Below, one piece after another: positions 1-9,635 of a stretch of 49,389 bases of DNA (position 1 is the stretch's first letter; each line of letters starts with the position of its first letter). The position numbers were made by a program, and so were the translations under genes. Origin of the DNA: a virus (taxonomy: Duplodnaviria; Caudoviricetes). The notes under the pieces are model-generated. The model saw only the letters and a program-made list of their open reading frames with translations, did not search any database and was not told where the DNA came from. Where the stretch lies: the IMG/VR virus record IMGVR_UViG_3300038674_000709, positions 1 through 49,389 of that record; one strand, 5' to 3'.

Positions 1-3000
1 AATGTATATTCAAGCATTGGATGCAACTGAAAATAGTTCATCCCGTTTATGGCCCTGTAGAGGTCCCTGTCGAATTCATACAATTGCGGCTTGCCGTTTA
101 CGATTACGCGGGCAATCGGCATCCCGCTTTTTCCTGAGTAATTTGGACGGTAAAGGTAAAGCATATCGGCAGGATCAATGTCGCCGGCTTCAATCAGGTC
201 CTTAACCTCTACGCCTAAATCCTCCAGTTGCTGTTCAATCTCTCCAATCGTGAAGGAAGTAACTTTGGTGGATGGGCGGATAAATTCCATCTGACTGCCC
301 ATGCCCTCGGCTTTACGCGCAACTTCGACCATCCGGTTGATTACAATCTGCTGCGCAGCGCGTTCGTAGAATCGAATCGCATACTCAAATGTGGTCTGGA
401 CAGGGTCTATGACCTGCCTGCCGGACCCGTCTTTGGTGCGTCTTTTAAGCGGGTCAGGCGTGTTCAGAAGCTTCTTGCCGCCAAGTTTGGCATCGTGCAG
501 CGATTCAACAGCCCGTTTCAAAGGAATGTACGTTTTGTACGAATTTACTATATTCCGGGCAGATTGCGGGGTTATGACCCCTGCATCGGCCAGCATCCAG
601 ATCAACGCATTATTGAATTCGGTTAAGAGCTTTGCAGCCTGTTCAAATCTGGCATTATGCAGTTTTTTGTAGTTGGCCTGGGCATCGATCTTTATAAGTC
701 CGGGGTTATGTCCTCTGCTCCAACTCTCAAGCGAATGACGGGAATAGGCATAAAGGACAAAGTCTTCGTATTCTTCCGGCTTGATTTCCGCGAGAACTTC
801 CTTCATAGAAGGACCAATCCGATCCATTTGCCCTGTCATCTTAAACACACCGTTTTCAAGGGCTTCGGTAGCATGTGTCGGGCCGGATTGTGTAAAGGCC
901 ATATACAATTCATAGGGGCTTGTACCCGCCTTGATGTCCAAACCAACCCGCCGGGCTTCTTTAACAAAACGGCTCAGAAAATGCCCTTCATCTTTCATGG
1001 CAGAGTATGCTCTGGCCATCGCTTTGTCGAATTTATGCTTGAATATCTGAGATTTGGGCACGCCGGCAGGCTCAGCCGGTTTTCCATCCCAGCTAATCTG
1101 GCTTTTCCCTCTGGCCAGACTGCCCTGCGCCCGCCACTGGTCAATCATCCTTTTTACCGTTGCAACGGGTTTCTGCCATTCCGGATGATTCGGCAGCCAA
1201 TCATTTTCAAAGAAATCGTAAAAATTCGGCGCAATCTGTTCGGCCCGATCGGTCGTCAGATAGACCCGCAGGAATTCGGCAAAGCCTTCTCTTGTCTGGC
1301 CGCGATTTGGCACATAGTCCAGTTCGCGGAGGTCCTTGCGAGCGACTGCGGATAGACCGCTTCTGCGAATGCCCGTCATCTTATCCAGATGATGAGCAAT
1401 CTCGTGAGACATAACCGCTAAATCGCCATAAAATCGGCTCTGTGTGCGCACAACTTCGGGTTTCCACCGATAAACTCCGGCATTCTGTTTGGATACTTTG
1501 CCCGACCGGATCACAACGCCGAACATCCGTTCGGCGGTCTTGAGAATCTCCATTGCGCTGACTTGTTTGATTTGGCCTTTGGCATCCAACTCCACCGGAA
1601 CGTCCAGGGGGACAGCCAGACCCGGATCAGATTCTTTCAGTTCAATTACCTGAACTATCGGCTCATTGAGTTTCTCAAGAACATCCGATTTGCCGATTGG
1701 AATAAAATAGCGCGTCTTCCATTTGATCTGTTCTGAAACAGCGCCGGCCTTGTCCAATTTGTCCTTATGATATTCATCCGCGCCTTCAATTTCTACCCGA
1801 TTTTCGCCTTGTATGCGAACCCGCTTGATGCGCCAATTGTTCGCCAAGACGACTTCCAACTGACCGGAAGCGACGCCGTCCAGGGCCTCCTTTGCTGTGA
1901 TGTGCGGTACATCTTCAGCTTTGCCTAACCCTCTCAACACGTCATTGATCCGGGCATTGTCCACGAATAATCCAAGATATTCATCGCCTGTTTCGGTAAC
2001 AGCGCGTCTGACCTTGGCTTCTTTGGGAAGTTTGTTCCAAATCGGCAAAACAGCCCCCGTAAGCAGGTGAACGGTCTGCTTACGGTATTTGGGCAGTTTC
2101 CGGACCTCCTCTGCCCAGCGCTCCTTTGCGGTTTCGGCAGTCAGAACTTTGTAGAATCCTTTGGTATTGCTGTCGAGCTTGTATTTTTCGATAAAATGGT
2201 AGTTTTTTTGATCAATCAAACGGTATTGGGGTATAATCCGTCCGGTTGCAGGGTCCGTATGATCCGCCGCATCCGTTACCGCATACACTTTGCCGTTCTC
2301 GGTTTCGACAAATTTGATAATCGGCCGTCCGGCTGTCTTATCCCCCTGATGCAGCCCTTCCCATGTTATCGGCTGAACCTTGTGAAACACACCCAATTTG
2401 ACGTGCTTTGTTACCGCTCCGGATTTATCGTGCTTAAAGACCGCCTGTTCGCTGATTTTTTCGATTTTAGAAGCCTTAATCGTCTCCAAACCGGTATCCA
2501 GCGAATCATTGGCAATCGCAAAATCAATTTTATCCTGATGACGTTTTTCAAATTCCTCAAAGACCCTATCCTGCGTCTCGATAGTCAGTGCAAGCGTGCG
2601 GTTTAAAAACTGCTCAATCTCAGGGGTGCGCTCTTTCAGCACACCATCTTTATCAAGCAGTTCAAGGCCCGTCATTTCCTGAAAACTTCCGATATCCAGA
2701 CCTTCCATCCTGCCGGCGGCGAGGTCTTCAAAAAATGTCCGCAAAGCATCTTTGGCCTGCTGACTTTCCAGGTTGTCGGATGCGGTAAAAACGCCCCGTG
2801 AGAAGGCTCCGCGTTCCCCCATGACCAAAGCCCCAAGCTGACTTAATCGGCGCGCAATAGTGCTGATAAAGCGTTTCTGACCTTTCACATCCGTAGTGAT
2901 CAAAGAAATCGTCGGAGCGGATTCCTGGAATGTCCGATGTGAACGCCCTAAGCCCTGCATGGCCTTGTTTGCACGCCATCCGGCCTGAAGCAGATAGTGA

Positions 3001-6000
3001 TGACGATGCTGCTGATTTTTGAAATTTTTGCCGGAATGATAACTGACGCCGGTTCCGCCTGCTTCCGAAAATATCAAAATGCGTTTTTGACCATTGAGGA
3101 AATGATCAATATCGGCTTCTCTGGCCTTTTTGCCGAGTTTTTCAACTGCCTTTCGCTTAAGCCCGTCCTCGCCGACCTTAGAAATCACCCGCCGCTTGCG
3201 GCTGGTCACTTCTGCAACCAACTCCGGACCAAAGTGGCTGATGATCATATCAATCGGACTGTCCGGCACCTGAATATCTTCCAGATCCCTGATGAGTTTA
3301 TCTCTTGCCGCCACCGCCTCTCGATTTAGAATCGGATTTCCATTGCTGTCAAGAGCAGGTCTGACCTTTAGATTGCCGTTTTCATCGATATGTTCCTCAT
3401 ATTGTTCCACCGGAAACACCTTCCGCACATAATCGATCAGTGTATCTCGCGGAGTCAGATCAAAATCCTCTAAATCATCCTGAGCCTCCATTCGCGCAAA
3501 CGCCCGCTCCTGGGCGGCTTCCATCGTATTGGTAAGCTGAATGATCGCAGAATGACCGTCTGTTAAGTCCTGCTCTATGGCTCGAATGACGGACGGCGTC
3601 TGCATTGCCGTCAAAATCTGATTGAAGAAACGCTGCTCGGCAGAGAAGAATGCAGCGCGCTTGCGGCCTGCAATACCCCCATCATGCCCCTGATTGGTAT
3701 CAGACAGGGCTTTGGTAAGATTCTTAAAGACAATCTGCCAGGCCTCTGCCAATCGGTTGTAAATGGCCCTCTGGTCGGATGAGAGGTTATGTTCAATCCG
3801 GTTGTATTTGACCGTTCCTTTCTCCGTTCCGTCGTTATAGGCCAGACTGCGGGCGATATACATCCCCATCGCCTTCATCGATTGGCTGAGGAGTTCCATT
3901 GCCGCTACGCCGCGTTCGGATACTTTGTTGATAAAATCAGCGGCTGAGCGGAATGGCGTACCATCTCCCCAAAGACCAAGCCGTGCGGCAAAACCGAGAT
4001 TTTCCACTTCCGTCGCTCCGGTAGCTGAGGCGTAGACTACTCTTGCGTTCGGCGACAGATTCTGCAATTCAACTCCTGCCATCGCCATCTGTGACGCTTT
4101 TTTATTGCCGTATCCAAGATTGCCCATGTTGTGGGCTTCGTCAAAGACAATCACACCATCAAAATCCTCGCCCAGCCACTCCGTCAATTGCGCCATGCGG
4201 GAAAGTTTGCCCTTTGAAGCAGGTTGTTTTAAAGTGTGGTAAGTGAAATAAAGAATTCCTTCCTTCGGCTTCACGGGTTCGCCTGATTTAGCCATGAACA
4301 CCTGCTTGGGGTCCTGGCCCATCGCTTCCCAATCGCGTTGGGCCTCAGCATACAGCTTGGGATTTTCAGAGATGATGACAGCTTTCCTGCGGCCCTGCAT
4401 CCAGTTATTCAGAATGATGCCTGCCAGTATCCGGCCTTTGCCAACACCGGTTCCGTCGCCATCCATATAGCCGCGCCGCATCCTGCCTTTCGGGGTATCG
4501 ACGAATTCCTGATGTGCTGCTTCCGCCTGGGCAATCGGGACAAGTTGGGCCTCTGATAAGACACCTTCCTCTATCAGCCGCTGCGGAATATGCAATTTGA
4601 CGTGATTATCGGGAACTTCCACAGATGCCATCGCCAGTGATTCAACCAGCGCCGAAGGATGTTTTTGGGCTCCCTTGAAATGGATTTTTTGGGGTCGATA
4701 TTCCGTAAAAAGCATGTCGCTGCCGGAGGCAGTTACTTTCTTTTCCTCCGCCTGGCGGCGTTCTGCGACCTGCTCCGATGGACCGGCCTGACCCTGCACT
4801 GAACCGTTGATAATTCCGTCAATATCCTGATCCGTCAGGTCCTCGATCACAGAGGCTTTGTCCATGTCTTTTGCATAGGCCGCCGCCTGAGGGGAATTGC
4901 GTACGTACATGTACGTTGATTTCAGATAGGGTTTTACCGCATCTCCCAGGTCTGCAACGACCTGCCCGGACCAATCGGCAAAAGTACGCATCCCAGCCTC
5001 GACGTACAGCAAACCTGCCTCGCCAAGCATCATCATCAATTCGGGATCAATGCCAGTATTAAGCTGGTTTTTCAGCTTTTCGGCAATCTGTTTTTTGAGT
5101 TCTTCGAGGCGTTTCTGCTTTTCGGCGGACAAAGCATCGGTGATCTTTACCTGTTTCTGCGTTCCCGCATCCAAATCCAGAGGTTTTCGACCAATATGTG
5201 CGCCGCTTCGTCCGGGGTGTGCGTCTCCTCCGGAAACGGTCCCTCGCCGTCCTCCGTTATGTCCAGAAGCACCTTTAACTGGTCCTTCGGCTTGAATTCC
5301 CCCAGAAACAGGACCTGATACAGAAGTTGTTCCTGATCCTGTGCCCACATCCCTTCCAGCGGATACGTCTGGAGAAACCACAGGGCCAGTTGGGTGGGAT
5401 ACATCGCGTACGGATTGGGGTCCTGGTTGGCCCTTTGTAGCATCCGCTTGCAAATCTGCGATACGGGTAACTGGTTTTCCTGAATGGGTTCTTGCATTTT
5501 TGACTCCTTCCAAATTATAAAGAAGTTGTTCGAGGCTGTCAACCGTCCCGCCTTTTGTATCGGTCGTGGGGCCGTTCTTGTCAATGACCAGCATTCGAGT
5601 GGGGAAATTCGTCCCATATTTTGAATATACCCCACGCGGAATTATCGCATGACCGACGACATTGTATTGTTTTTTTATCTCGGAAAGCCATTTAGCGAAC
5701 GAATTGGTTTCCTTGCCTTCTTTCAGCGGTGCGCCCATGATCGCGACAAGCCGTCCTCCATCCTGCAAGTATTTCAATGCCGCTTCAACATGGCGCTGAT
5801 CGGTGCCGAGGATTCTTTTATCTCCCATGCGCTGAGCCGCCCTTGAAAACGGTGGATTCATCAGGATGACCGTGGGTCTTTCATTCTCCGGCAGGATATT
5901 GTGAATCTGCTCAGCATCCTCGGTGGTCACCCGATTAAAGCCTATGCTCTTTAAAAGAGAGGCTCTGCGCTTCGATAATTCATTTACATTGACAGTTGCA

Positions 6001-7961
6001 CCTGCATTTTTTGCATGGATCGCCAATCCGCCCGTTCCCGCCGAAGGTTCCAGTACAATATCTTCGGAGTTGATATTCGCCAGCCATGCCGCCGCAAACG
6101 CGTAGTGCGGCGGTGTCGAGAATTGCTGCATTGATGCCTTTTCACCCGACCGGCTCTGTTGAGCGGGGATTCTGGACAGCACTTTTTGCAGTTCTCGCAG
6201 GGTTTCAACTGCCTGCTCGACGTTTACAGACGGATCGGTCATCTTTGACAGATAGGTATGAACGCCGGTTTCCAGTTCATCATAAGCATCGGATATACTC
6301 CATTTGCCTTCTCCGCGGCTGCCGCCATAGACACGGTTGGCCAGTTCGACAAAGTCTTTATGTGAAATACTGCCGTTATTTTGCAGCAATTTGCTGATTT
6401 CAGCAGTCAGGCTTTCGAGACGAGTCCTGCCATCGACAGTAAGCGGCTTCTGCGTTTGCTCTGTTTGAGCGGCAGGCATATCCGTATTCTCAATTTTTTC
6501 AGCAGCGTTGTCAGTGGCCGGTTGTACCTGATTTTCCGCTACGGAGTCGATTTTTGTTTCGGTATCCGGAACGGCTTGCTGACCTGCTTTTCTCGCCCGC
6601 AGACGTTCAGCCAAATCCCTGCGTTCCTGAGCCGACCAGCCGGTAATATCAACTTCCTCAAAATCGCTCCGGCTGGGCGATTCCGTATCGGCGATTTTAT
6701 CAGCCCACTGCGGCGTCATAGAGGCAATGAAGTCAAGTCCTTCATCCGTTTGCATAAACTTTTTGAAATTGGCGCGATGGCGATGATCGATGATCTTGTC
6801 GTACCCGGCAACCGCATATCCGGCCCCCATCCGGACACCGCCGGGAACAGTCAAAACAGTTAATTCAACCCCGATCTCCTCAAGGTCTTTCTTGAGCATT
6901 TTAGCGGTTAACAGCAATGGATTATCTTCATCAATTCCATAATTCTCAACCCCTGTTAGCCCTCTAAGGATCGTTCCGACCCGCTCTTCACCGTATTCTG
7001 CGAGCAGATTGGACCATCCGGCTTTCGTGGAAATCGTCTGAATAAATTCCGGTATAGTTATCTTCGGCTTTAACTTCTCTATGGCGGCATACAGCTTTTT
7101 TGAAAATGGCAGCTTGCTCAGCAGATAGCCGCCTCCTTTGGCGATTGCCCCTCCCGTTTCTTCGCTGAAGGACTCAATCACCTTATCGCCCCACGATTTC
7201 ATAACCGTAGCGGCCATTGATTCGTCTTCCCTAAGCCCCACCTGCATATCAGTGCGTCTTTCGATTGCATCTTCGGCGACTCTGGGAGCAAGCCCTATTG
7301 TTCCGCGAGCCGCAGCCCCGCCGGCCAATCCAACCGTTCCGATTGCCGCTTTTCCTGCAAGTGTCTGGCCATACTTACCCAGCAGTTTTGTCATTGCCGC
7401 CTTCGCCGGAGCGCTTCCAAGAGCCGCAATGCCGCCTGTCATTGCAAATTCAGACATCCAGGTCGGCAAAATACTAACGCCCTGGGCCACCTTGCCGCCA
7501 AAAGTAACACCGCGAATATCCGCTTCATAAAGACGGAGAATAAAATCCTCAACGCGCTTAATGTCGGATTGGCGGTCGTATGTGACCTCCTTCATCGCGG
7601 CATCATGATCAAAATTATTCCGCACAAGTGCGGCATCGTAATCGCCGACGACCTGATTCCAATTGAAATTTCTGTCCGATAAACGCTGTGCCGCCCATCG
7701 TACCTCCAGAGAATCCATAATGCCCTCAACGGCCCCGACAAAAGGAACCTTTTGCCCCAGTTTTGAGCCGGTCCATTCGTCCTTCAGCATTTCCTTAAAT
7801 CCCATCGGTCCGTAAAATGCTTTTTTCGCATACGCCTGGATGGTCATATTGTCCATAACAGGCTTTTCAGCATGACCGCCTTGCATGGTCGGCTGCTGAT
7901 CATCCGGGCCGAAGAATTTTCGTTTTGCCATCTCCAAGGAATCGTCAATGAGCGTTCGCAT
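1..7961 (-). CDS. Giant polyvalent/DarB-like virion-ejected protein: N6-adenine MTase + Strawberry-notch-type SF2 helicase + zincin metallopeptidase; 3'-truncated by the window, >2650 aa
   Basis: Starts ATG 7961 (MRTLIDDSLEMAKRK). Same frame carries EPSAGTGG (6050-6027), MNPPF (5861-5847), GDGTGVGKGR (4460-4431), DEAH (4142-4131), HEIAH (1406-1392) and reads open to base 1. The ORF track lists nothing in this frame, consistent with no stop inside the window. Confidence 0.88.
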   Translation of the reverse strand, partial: MRTLIDDSLEMAKRKFFGPDDQQPTMQGGHAEKPVMDNMTIQAYAKKAFYGPMGFKEMLKDEWTGSKLGQKVPFVGAVEGIMDSLEVRWAAQRLSDRNFNWNQVVGDYDAALVRNNFDHDAAMKEVTYDRQSDIKRVEDFILRLYEADIRGVTFGGKVAQGVSILPTWMSEFAMTGGIAALGSAPAKAAMTKLLGKYGQTLAGKAAIGTVGLAGGAAARGTIGLAPRVAEDAIERRTDMQVGLREDESMAATVMKSWGDKVIESFSEETGGAIAKGGGYLLSKLPFSKKLYAAIEKLKPKITIPEFIQTISTKAGWSNLLAEYGEERVGTILRGLTGVENYGIDEDNPLLLTAKMLKKDLEEIGVELTVLTVPGGVRMGAGYAVAGYDKIIDHRHRANFKKFMQTDEGLDFIASMTPQWADKIADTESPSRSDFEEVDITGWSAQERRDLAERLRARKAGQQAVPDTETKIDSVAENQVQPATDNAAEKIENTDMPAAQTEQTQKPLTVDGRTRLESLTAEISKLLQNNGSISHKDFVELANRVYGGSRGEGKWSISDAYDELETGVHTYLSKMTDPSVNVEQAVETLRELQKVLSRIPAQQSRSGEKASMQQFSTPPHYAFAAAWLANINSEDIVLEPSAGTGGLAIHAKNAGATVNVNELSKRRASLLKSIGFNRVTTEDAEQIHNILPENERPTVILMNPPFSRAAQRMGDKRILGTDQRHVEAALKYLQDGGRLVAIMGAPLKEGKETNSFAKWLSEIKKQYNVVGHAIIPRGVYSKYGTNFPTRMLVIDKNGPTTDTKGGTVDSLEQLLYNLEGVKNARTHSGKPVTRIADLQADATKGQPGPQSVRDVSHPTGPVVSPDVSAGRDVGTGSGTTSVSGPVSGGIQAEGPVKGASGHNGGRRGTVSGGDAHPGRSGAHIGRKPLDLDAGTQKQVKITDALSAEKQKRLEELKKQIAEKLKNQLNTGIDPELMMMLGEAGLLYVEAGMRTFADWSGQVVADLGDAVKPYLKSTYMYVRNSPQAAAYAKDMDKASVIEDLTDQDIDGIINGSVQGQAGPSEQVAERRQAEEKKVTASGSDMLFTEYRPQKIHFKGAQKHPSALVESLAMASVEVPDNHVKLHIPQRLIEEGVLSEAQLVPIAQAEAAHQEFVDTPKGRMRRGYMDGDGTGVGKGRILAGIILNNWMQGRRKAVIISENPKLYAEAQRDWEAMGQDPKQVFMAKSGEPVKPKEGILYFTYHTLKQPASKGKLSRMAQLTEWLGEDFDGVIVFDEAHNMGNLGYGNKKASQMAMAGVELQNLSPNARVVYASATGATEVENLGFAARLGLWGDGTPFRSAADFINKVSERGVAAMELLSQSMKAMGMYIARSLAYNDGTEKGTVKYNRIEHNLSSDQRAIYNRLAEAWQIVFKNLTKALSDTNQGHDGGIAGRKRAAFFSAEQRFFNQILTAMQTPSVIRAIEQDLTDGHSAIIQLTNTMEAAQERAFARMEAQDDLEDFDLTPRDTLIDYVRKVFPVEQYEEHIDENGNLKVRPALDSNGNPILNREAVAARDKLIRDLEDIQVPDSPIDMIISHFGPELVAEVTSRKRRVISKVGEDGLKRKAVEKLGKKAREADIDHFLNGQKRILIFSEAGGTGVSYHSGKNFKNQQHRHHYLLQAGWRANKAMQGLGRSHRTFQESAPTISLITTDVKGQKRFISTIARRLSQLGALVMGERGAFSRGVFTASDNLESQQAKDALRTFFEDLAAGRMEGLDIGSFQEMTGLELLDKDGVLKERTPEIEQFLNRTLALTIETQDRVFEEFEKRHQDKIDFAIANDSLDTGLETIKASKIEKISEQAVFKHDKSGAVTKHVKLGVFHKVQPITWEGLHQGDKTAGRPIIKFVETENGKVYAVTDAADHTDPATGRIIPQYRLIDQKNYHFIEKYKLDSNTKGFYKVLTAETAKERWAEEVRKLPKYRKQTVHLLTGAVLPIWNKLPKEAKVRRAVTETGDEYLGLFVDNARINDVLRGLGKAEDVPHITAKEALDGVASGQLEVVLANNWRIKRVRIQGENRVEIEGADEYHKDKLDKAGAVSEQIKWKTRYFIPIGKSDVLEKLNEPIVQVIELKESDPGLAVPLDVPVELDAKGQIKQVSAMEILKTAERMFGVVIRSGKVSKQNAGVYRWKPEVVRTQSRFYGDLAVMSHEIAHHLDKMTGIRRSGLSAVARKDLRELDYVPNRGQTREGFAEFLRVYLTTDRAEQIAPNFYDFFENDWLPNHPEWQKPVATVKRMIDQWRAQGSLARGKSQISWDGKPAEPAGVPKSQIFKHKFDKAMARAYSAMKDEGHFLSRFVKEARRVGLDIKAGTSPYELYMAFTQSGPTHATEALENGVFKMTGQMDRIGPSMKEVLAEIKPEEYEDFVLYAYSRHSLESWSRGHNPGLIKIDAQANYKKLHNARFEQAAKLLTEFNNALIWMLADAGVITPQSARNIVNSYKTYIPLKRAVESLHDAKLGGKKLLNTPDPLKRRTKDGSGRQVIDPVQTTFEYAIRFYERAAQQIVINRMVEVARKAEGMGSQMEFIRPSTKVTSFTIGEIEQQLEDLGVEVKDLIEAGDIDPADMLYLYRPNYSGKSGMPIARVIVNGKPQLYEFDRDLYRAINGMNYFQLHPMLEYT
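5147..5497 (-). CDS. Nested overprinted ORF (116 aa) inside the giant-protein linker
   Basis: GGAAGGAG SD 6 nt before ATG 5497; globular-looking product MQEPIQENQLPVSQ...WIWMRERRNR; the host frame here is G/P/S/T-rich low complexity. Confidence 0.6.
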   Translation of the reverse strand: MQEPIQENQLPVSQICKRMLQRANQDPNPYAMYPTQLALWFLQTYPLEGMWAQDQEQLLYQVLFLGEFKPKDQLKVLLDITEDGEGPFPEETHTPDEAAHILVENLWIWMRERRNR

Positions 7962-9084
7962 AAGTCCATCCGTCTTGTTTTAAGAGTTCCTTAAACCGCT
8001 TTTCAAACTGGGCATAACCGGCGTTCTTGCCTAATTCATCAAGAACAATTCGACCGTATATGTCCCCAAGAAGCTCAAGCGTAGCGCGTTCCGGATGTCG
8101 TTTGAGCAATTCAGCCTTGGCCTTTGGTGAAACAGTCTGACTATTCATAATCTCTTCAAAATGCTCCAGTACGGCCTGCTGAGGCTGCTGAGATTGAGAT
8201 GGACCGGGCTCCGGCACGTAACCGGCATCCTCCGGTATTCCCATTTGCTGCATATAGGCCCCGCTACCCTGCGGCATTCCCATCCTCTGATTATAGCCTG
8301 CACTGGCTGCCTGCTGATCCTGCGGATCATCCATATTGGCTTTTCGCAGCATGTTGTATCCGGCAATGATGCTCATTACCGCCTCAGTTACTCTTTTGGG
8401 ATCGGCTGTAATTATATTGCCGTCGGCATCCATCGTTGCCATCGCTTTGCCGATCTCCTGATAGAGTTTGGCAAAATCTGAAAAGCCGATTTGCAGCGCA
8501 TCGTCAAGCGGTCTGAGTCTTCCTCCGCCTTCAAGAAAAAAACGATTGCCCGTTTCAGGATCGATTATCAGATTCTTCCTGAATATGTCCATACCGGTCG
8601 GAGTATCATCATAGGATGGAACCGGCTGAATCCCAAGCAGCTTAGCCTCAAGCTGGCGAATGGCTTTTTGCCCCTGTTCAGGTGTCCATTGGCCGCTGGC
8701 AACCTGGTTTTGCACCCAGGCAATCCCTTGGGCATTTTTCTCCATTTCGCGCTTTTGCTGTTCGGTGTACTCGAACTGGATGCGGCCTTTGGTCAACTCA
8801 TCCTGAAAGGCCATCCGGTCCATGTATTGAGAATGGGCAGCCGTCTGCATCTGCATCGAATTGCGGTGTCCGGCTTCCTGCATCTGCATTTGTACAGCGC
8901 GATTGGCATGGCCTTCACTGAGCTGACTGCGTATGGACAGTTCCTGCAAATCCAGGGCGCGATCCCGCTGTCGCGTTGCCGTATCAAACTCCTGATTACG
9001 GTCCTTACGCTGGCCCTGTCCGATTGCGACCGCCATATTGCCGACATTTTGAATCGGCGGATCATGTCTGACCCGTATGCCCAT
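7945..9084 (-). CDS. Putative internal virion/ejection protein (Q/M-rich)
   Basis: 379 aa, SD AAGGAGG, helical Q/M/R-rich N-terminus, lies between tail genes and the giant protein. Confidence 0.55.
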   Translation of the reverse strand: MGIRVRHDPPIQNVGNMAVAIGQGQRKDRNQEFDTATRQRDRALDLQELSIRSQLSEGHANRAVQMQMQEAGHRNSMQMQTAAHSQYMDRMAFQDELTKGRIQFEYTEQQKREMEKNAQGIAWVQNQVASGQWTPEQGQKAIRQLEAKLLGIQPVPSYDDTPTGMDIFRKNLIIDPETGNRFFLEGGGRLRPLDDALQIGFSDFAKLYQEIGKAMATMDADGNIITADPKRVTEAVMSIIAGYNMLRKANMDDPQDQQAASAGYNQRMGMPQGSGAYMQQMGIPEDAGYVPEPGPSQSQQPQQAVLEHFEEIMNSQTVSPKAKAELLKRHPERATLELLGDIYGRIVLDELGKNAGYAQFEKRFKELLKQDGWTYANAH

Positions 9085-9095
9085 TTGATACCTCC

Positions 9096-9623
9096 TTAAA
9101 AAGCGTAGTTACCCGCTTGTTTGAGCAGTTCCAGATAAAATCCCATGTCCGGATATTCATCTTCCCGGCGTTCCATAAACGACAGTTTGTCACCACTGAG
9201 CGCCGTTTGCAGGTTGAGATGCTGGTTTTGCAGCCGCTCATTGACTAAGCTCATGGCCCGCGCCATAGCGCTGGCGTTTTGCTGCATTACAGCCGGTCGC
9301 ACGGAAGTGGAAGAAAGCCCGCTGTTGACAAGCGCCTGCTGCTGATGCGAACCGGCGATTCCATAAGCCCGCTGAATCTCGGAAAGTTCGGCCTGTCCCA
9401 TCCCCTGCAAGCTGGACATTGCATTGCTATAGCGGTCATCGTATCCCTGAAGAATCTCGCCATACCGCTGCTCGTTGGCATTCTTGGCCGAATCGTAAGC
9501 AGACTGCCAATCATTCATAATTTGCTTGGTCTGCTTCTGACGTTCCATCTGCTGTCGCCAGGTGTAATAGTCAGCTCCGCCGGCTTTGTAATAATTGTAT
9601 TTTACGCCGTCATAGGATGGCAT
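9096..9623 (-). CDS. Putative ejection/DNA pilot-like protein
   Basis: 175 aa, Q/A/S-rich helical protein with 'GLSSTS' segment, SD AAGGAG, podovirus ejection-gene position. Confidence 0.5.
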   Translation of the reverse strand: MPSYDGVKYNYYKAGGADYYTWRQQMERQKQTKQIMNDWQSAYDSAKNANEQRYGEILQGYDDRYSNAMSSLQGMGQAELSEIQRAYGIAGSHQQQALVNSGLSSTSVRPAVMQQNASAMARAMSLVNERLQNQHLNLQTALSGDKLSFMERREDEYPDMGFYLELLKQAGNYAF

Positions 9624-9635
9624 CGCCTATCTCCT

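Noticed and set aside
2-7530. Numerous plus-strand ORFs (e.g. 657-1355, 2067-2606)
   Set aside because: Antisense shadows of the giant minus-strand gene; no motifs or RBS.
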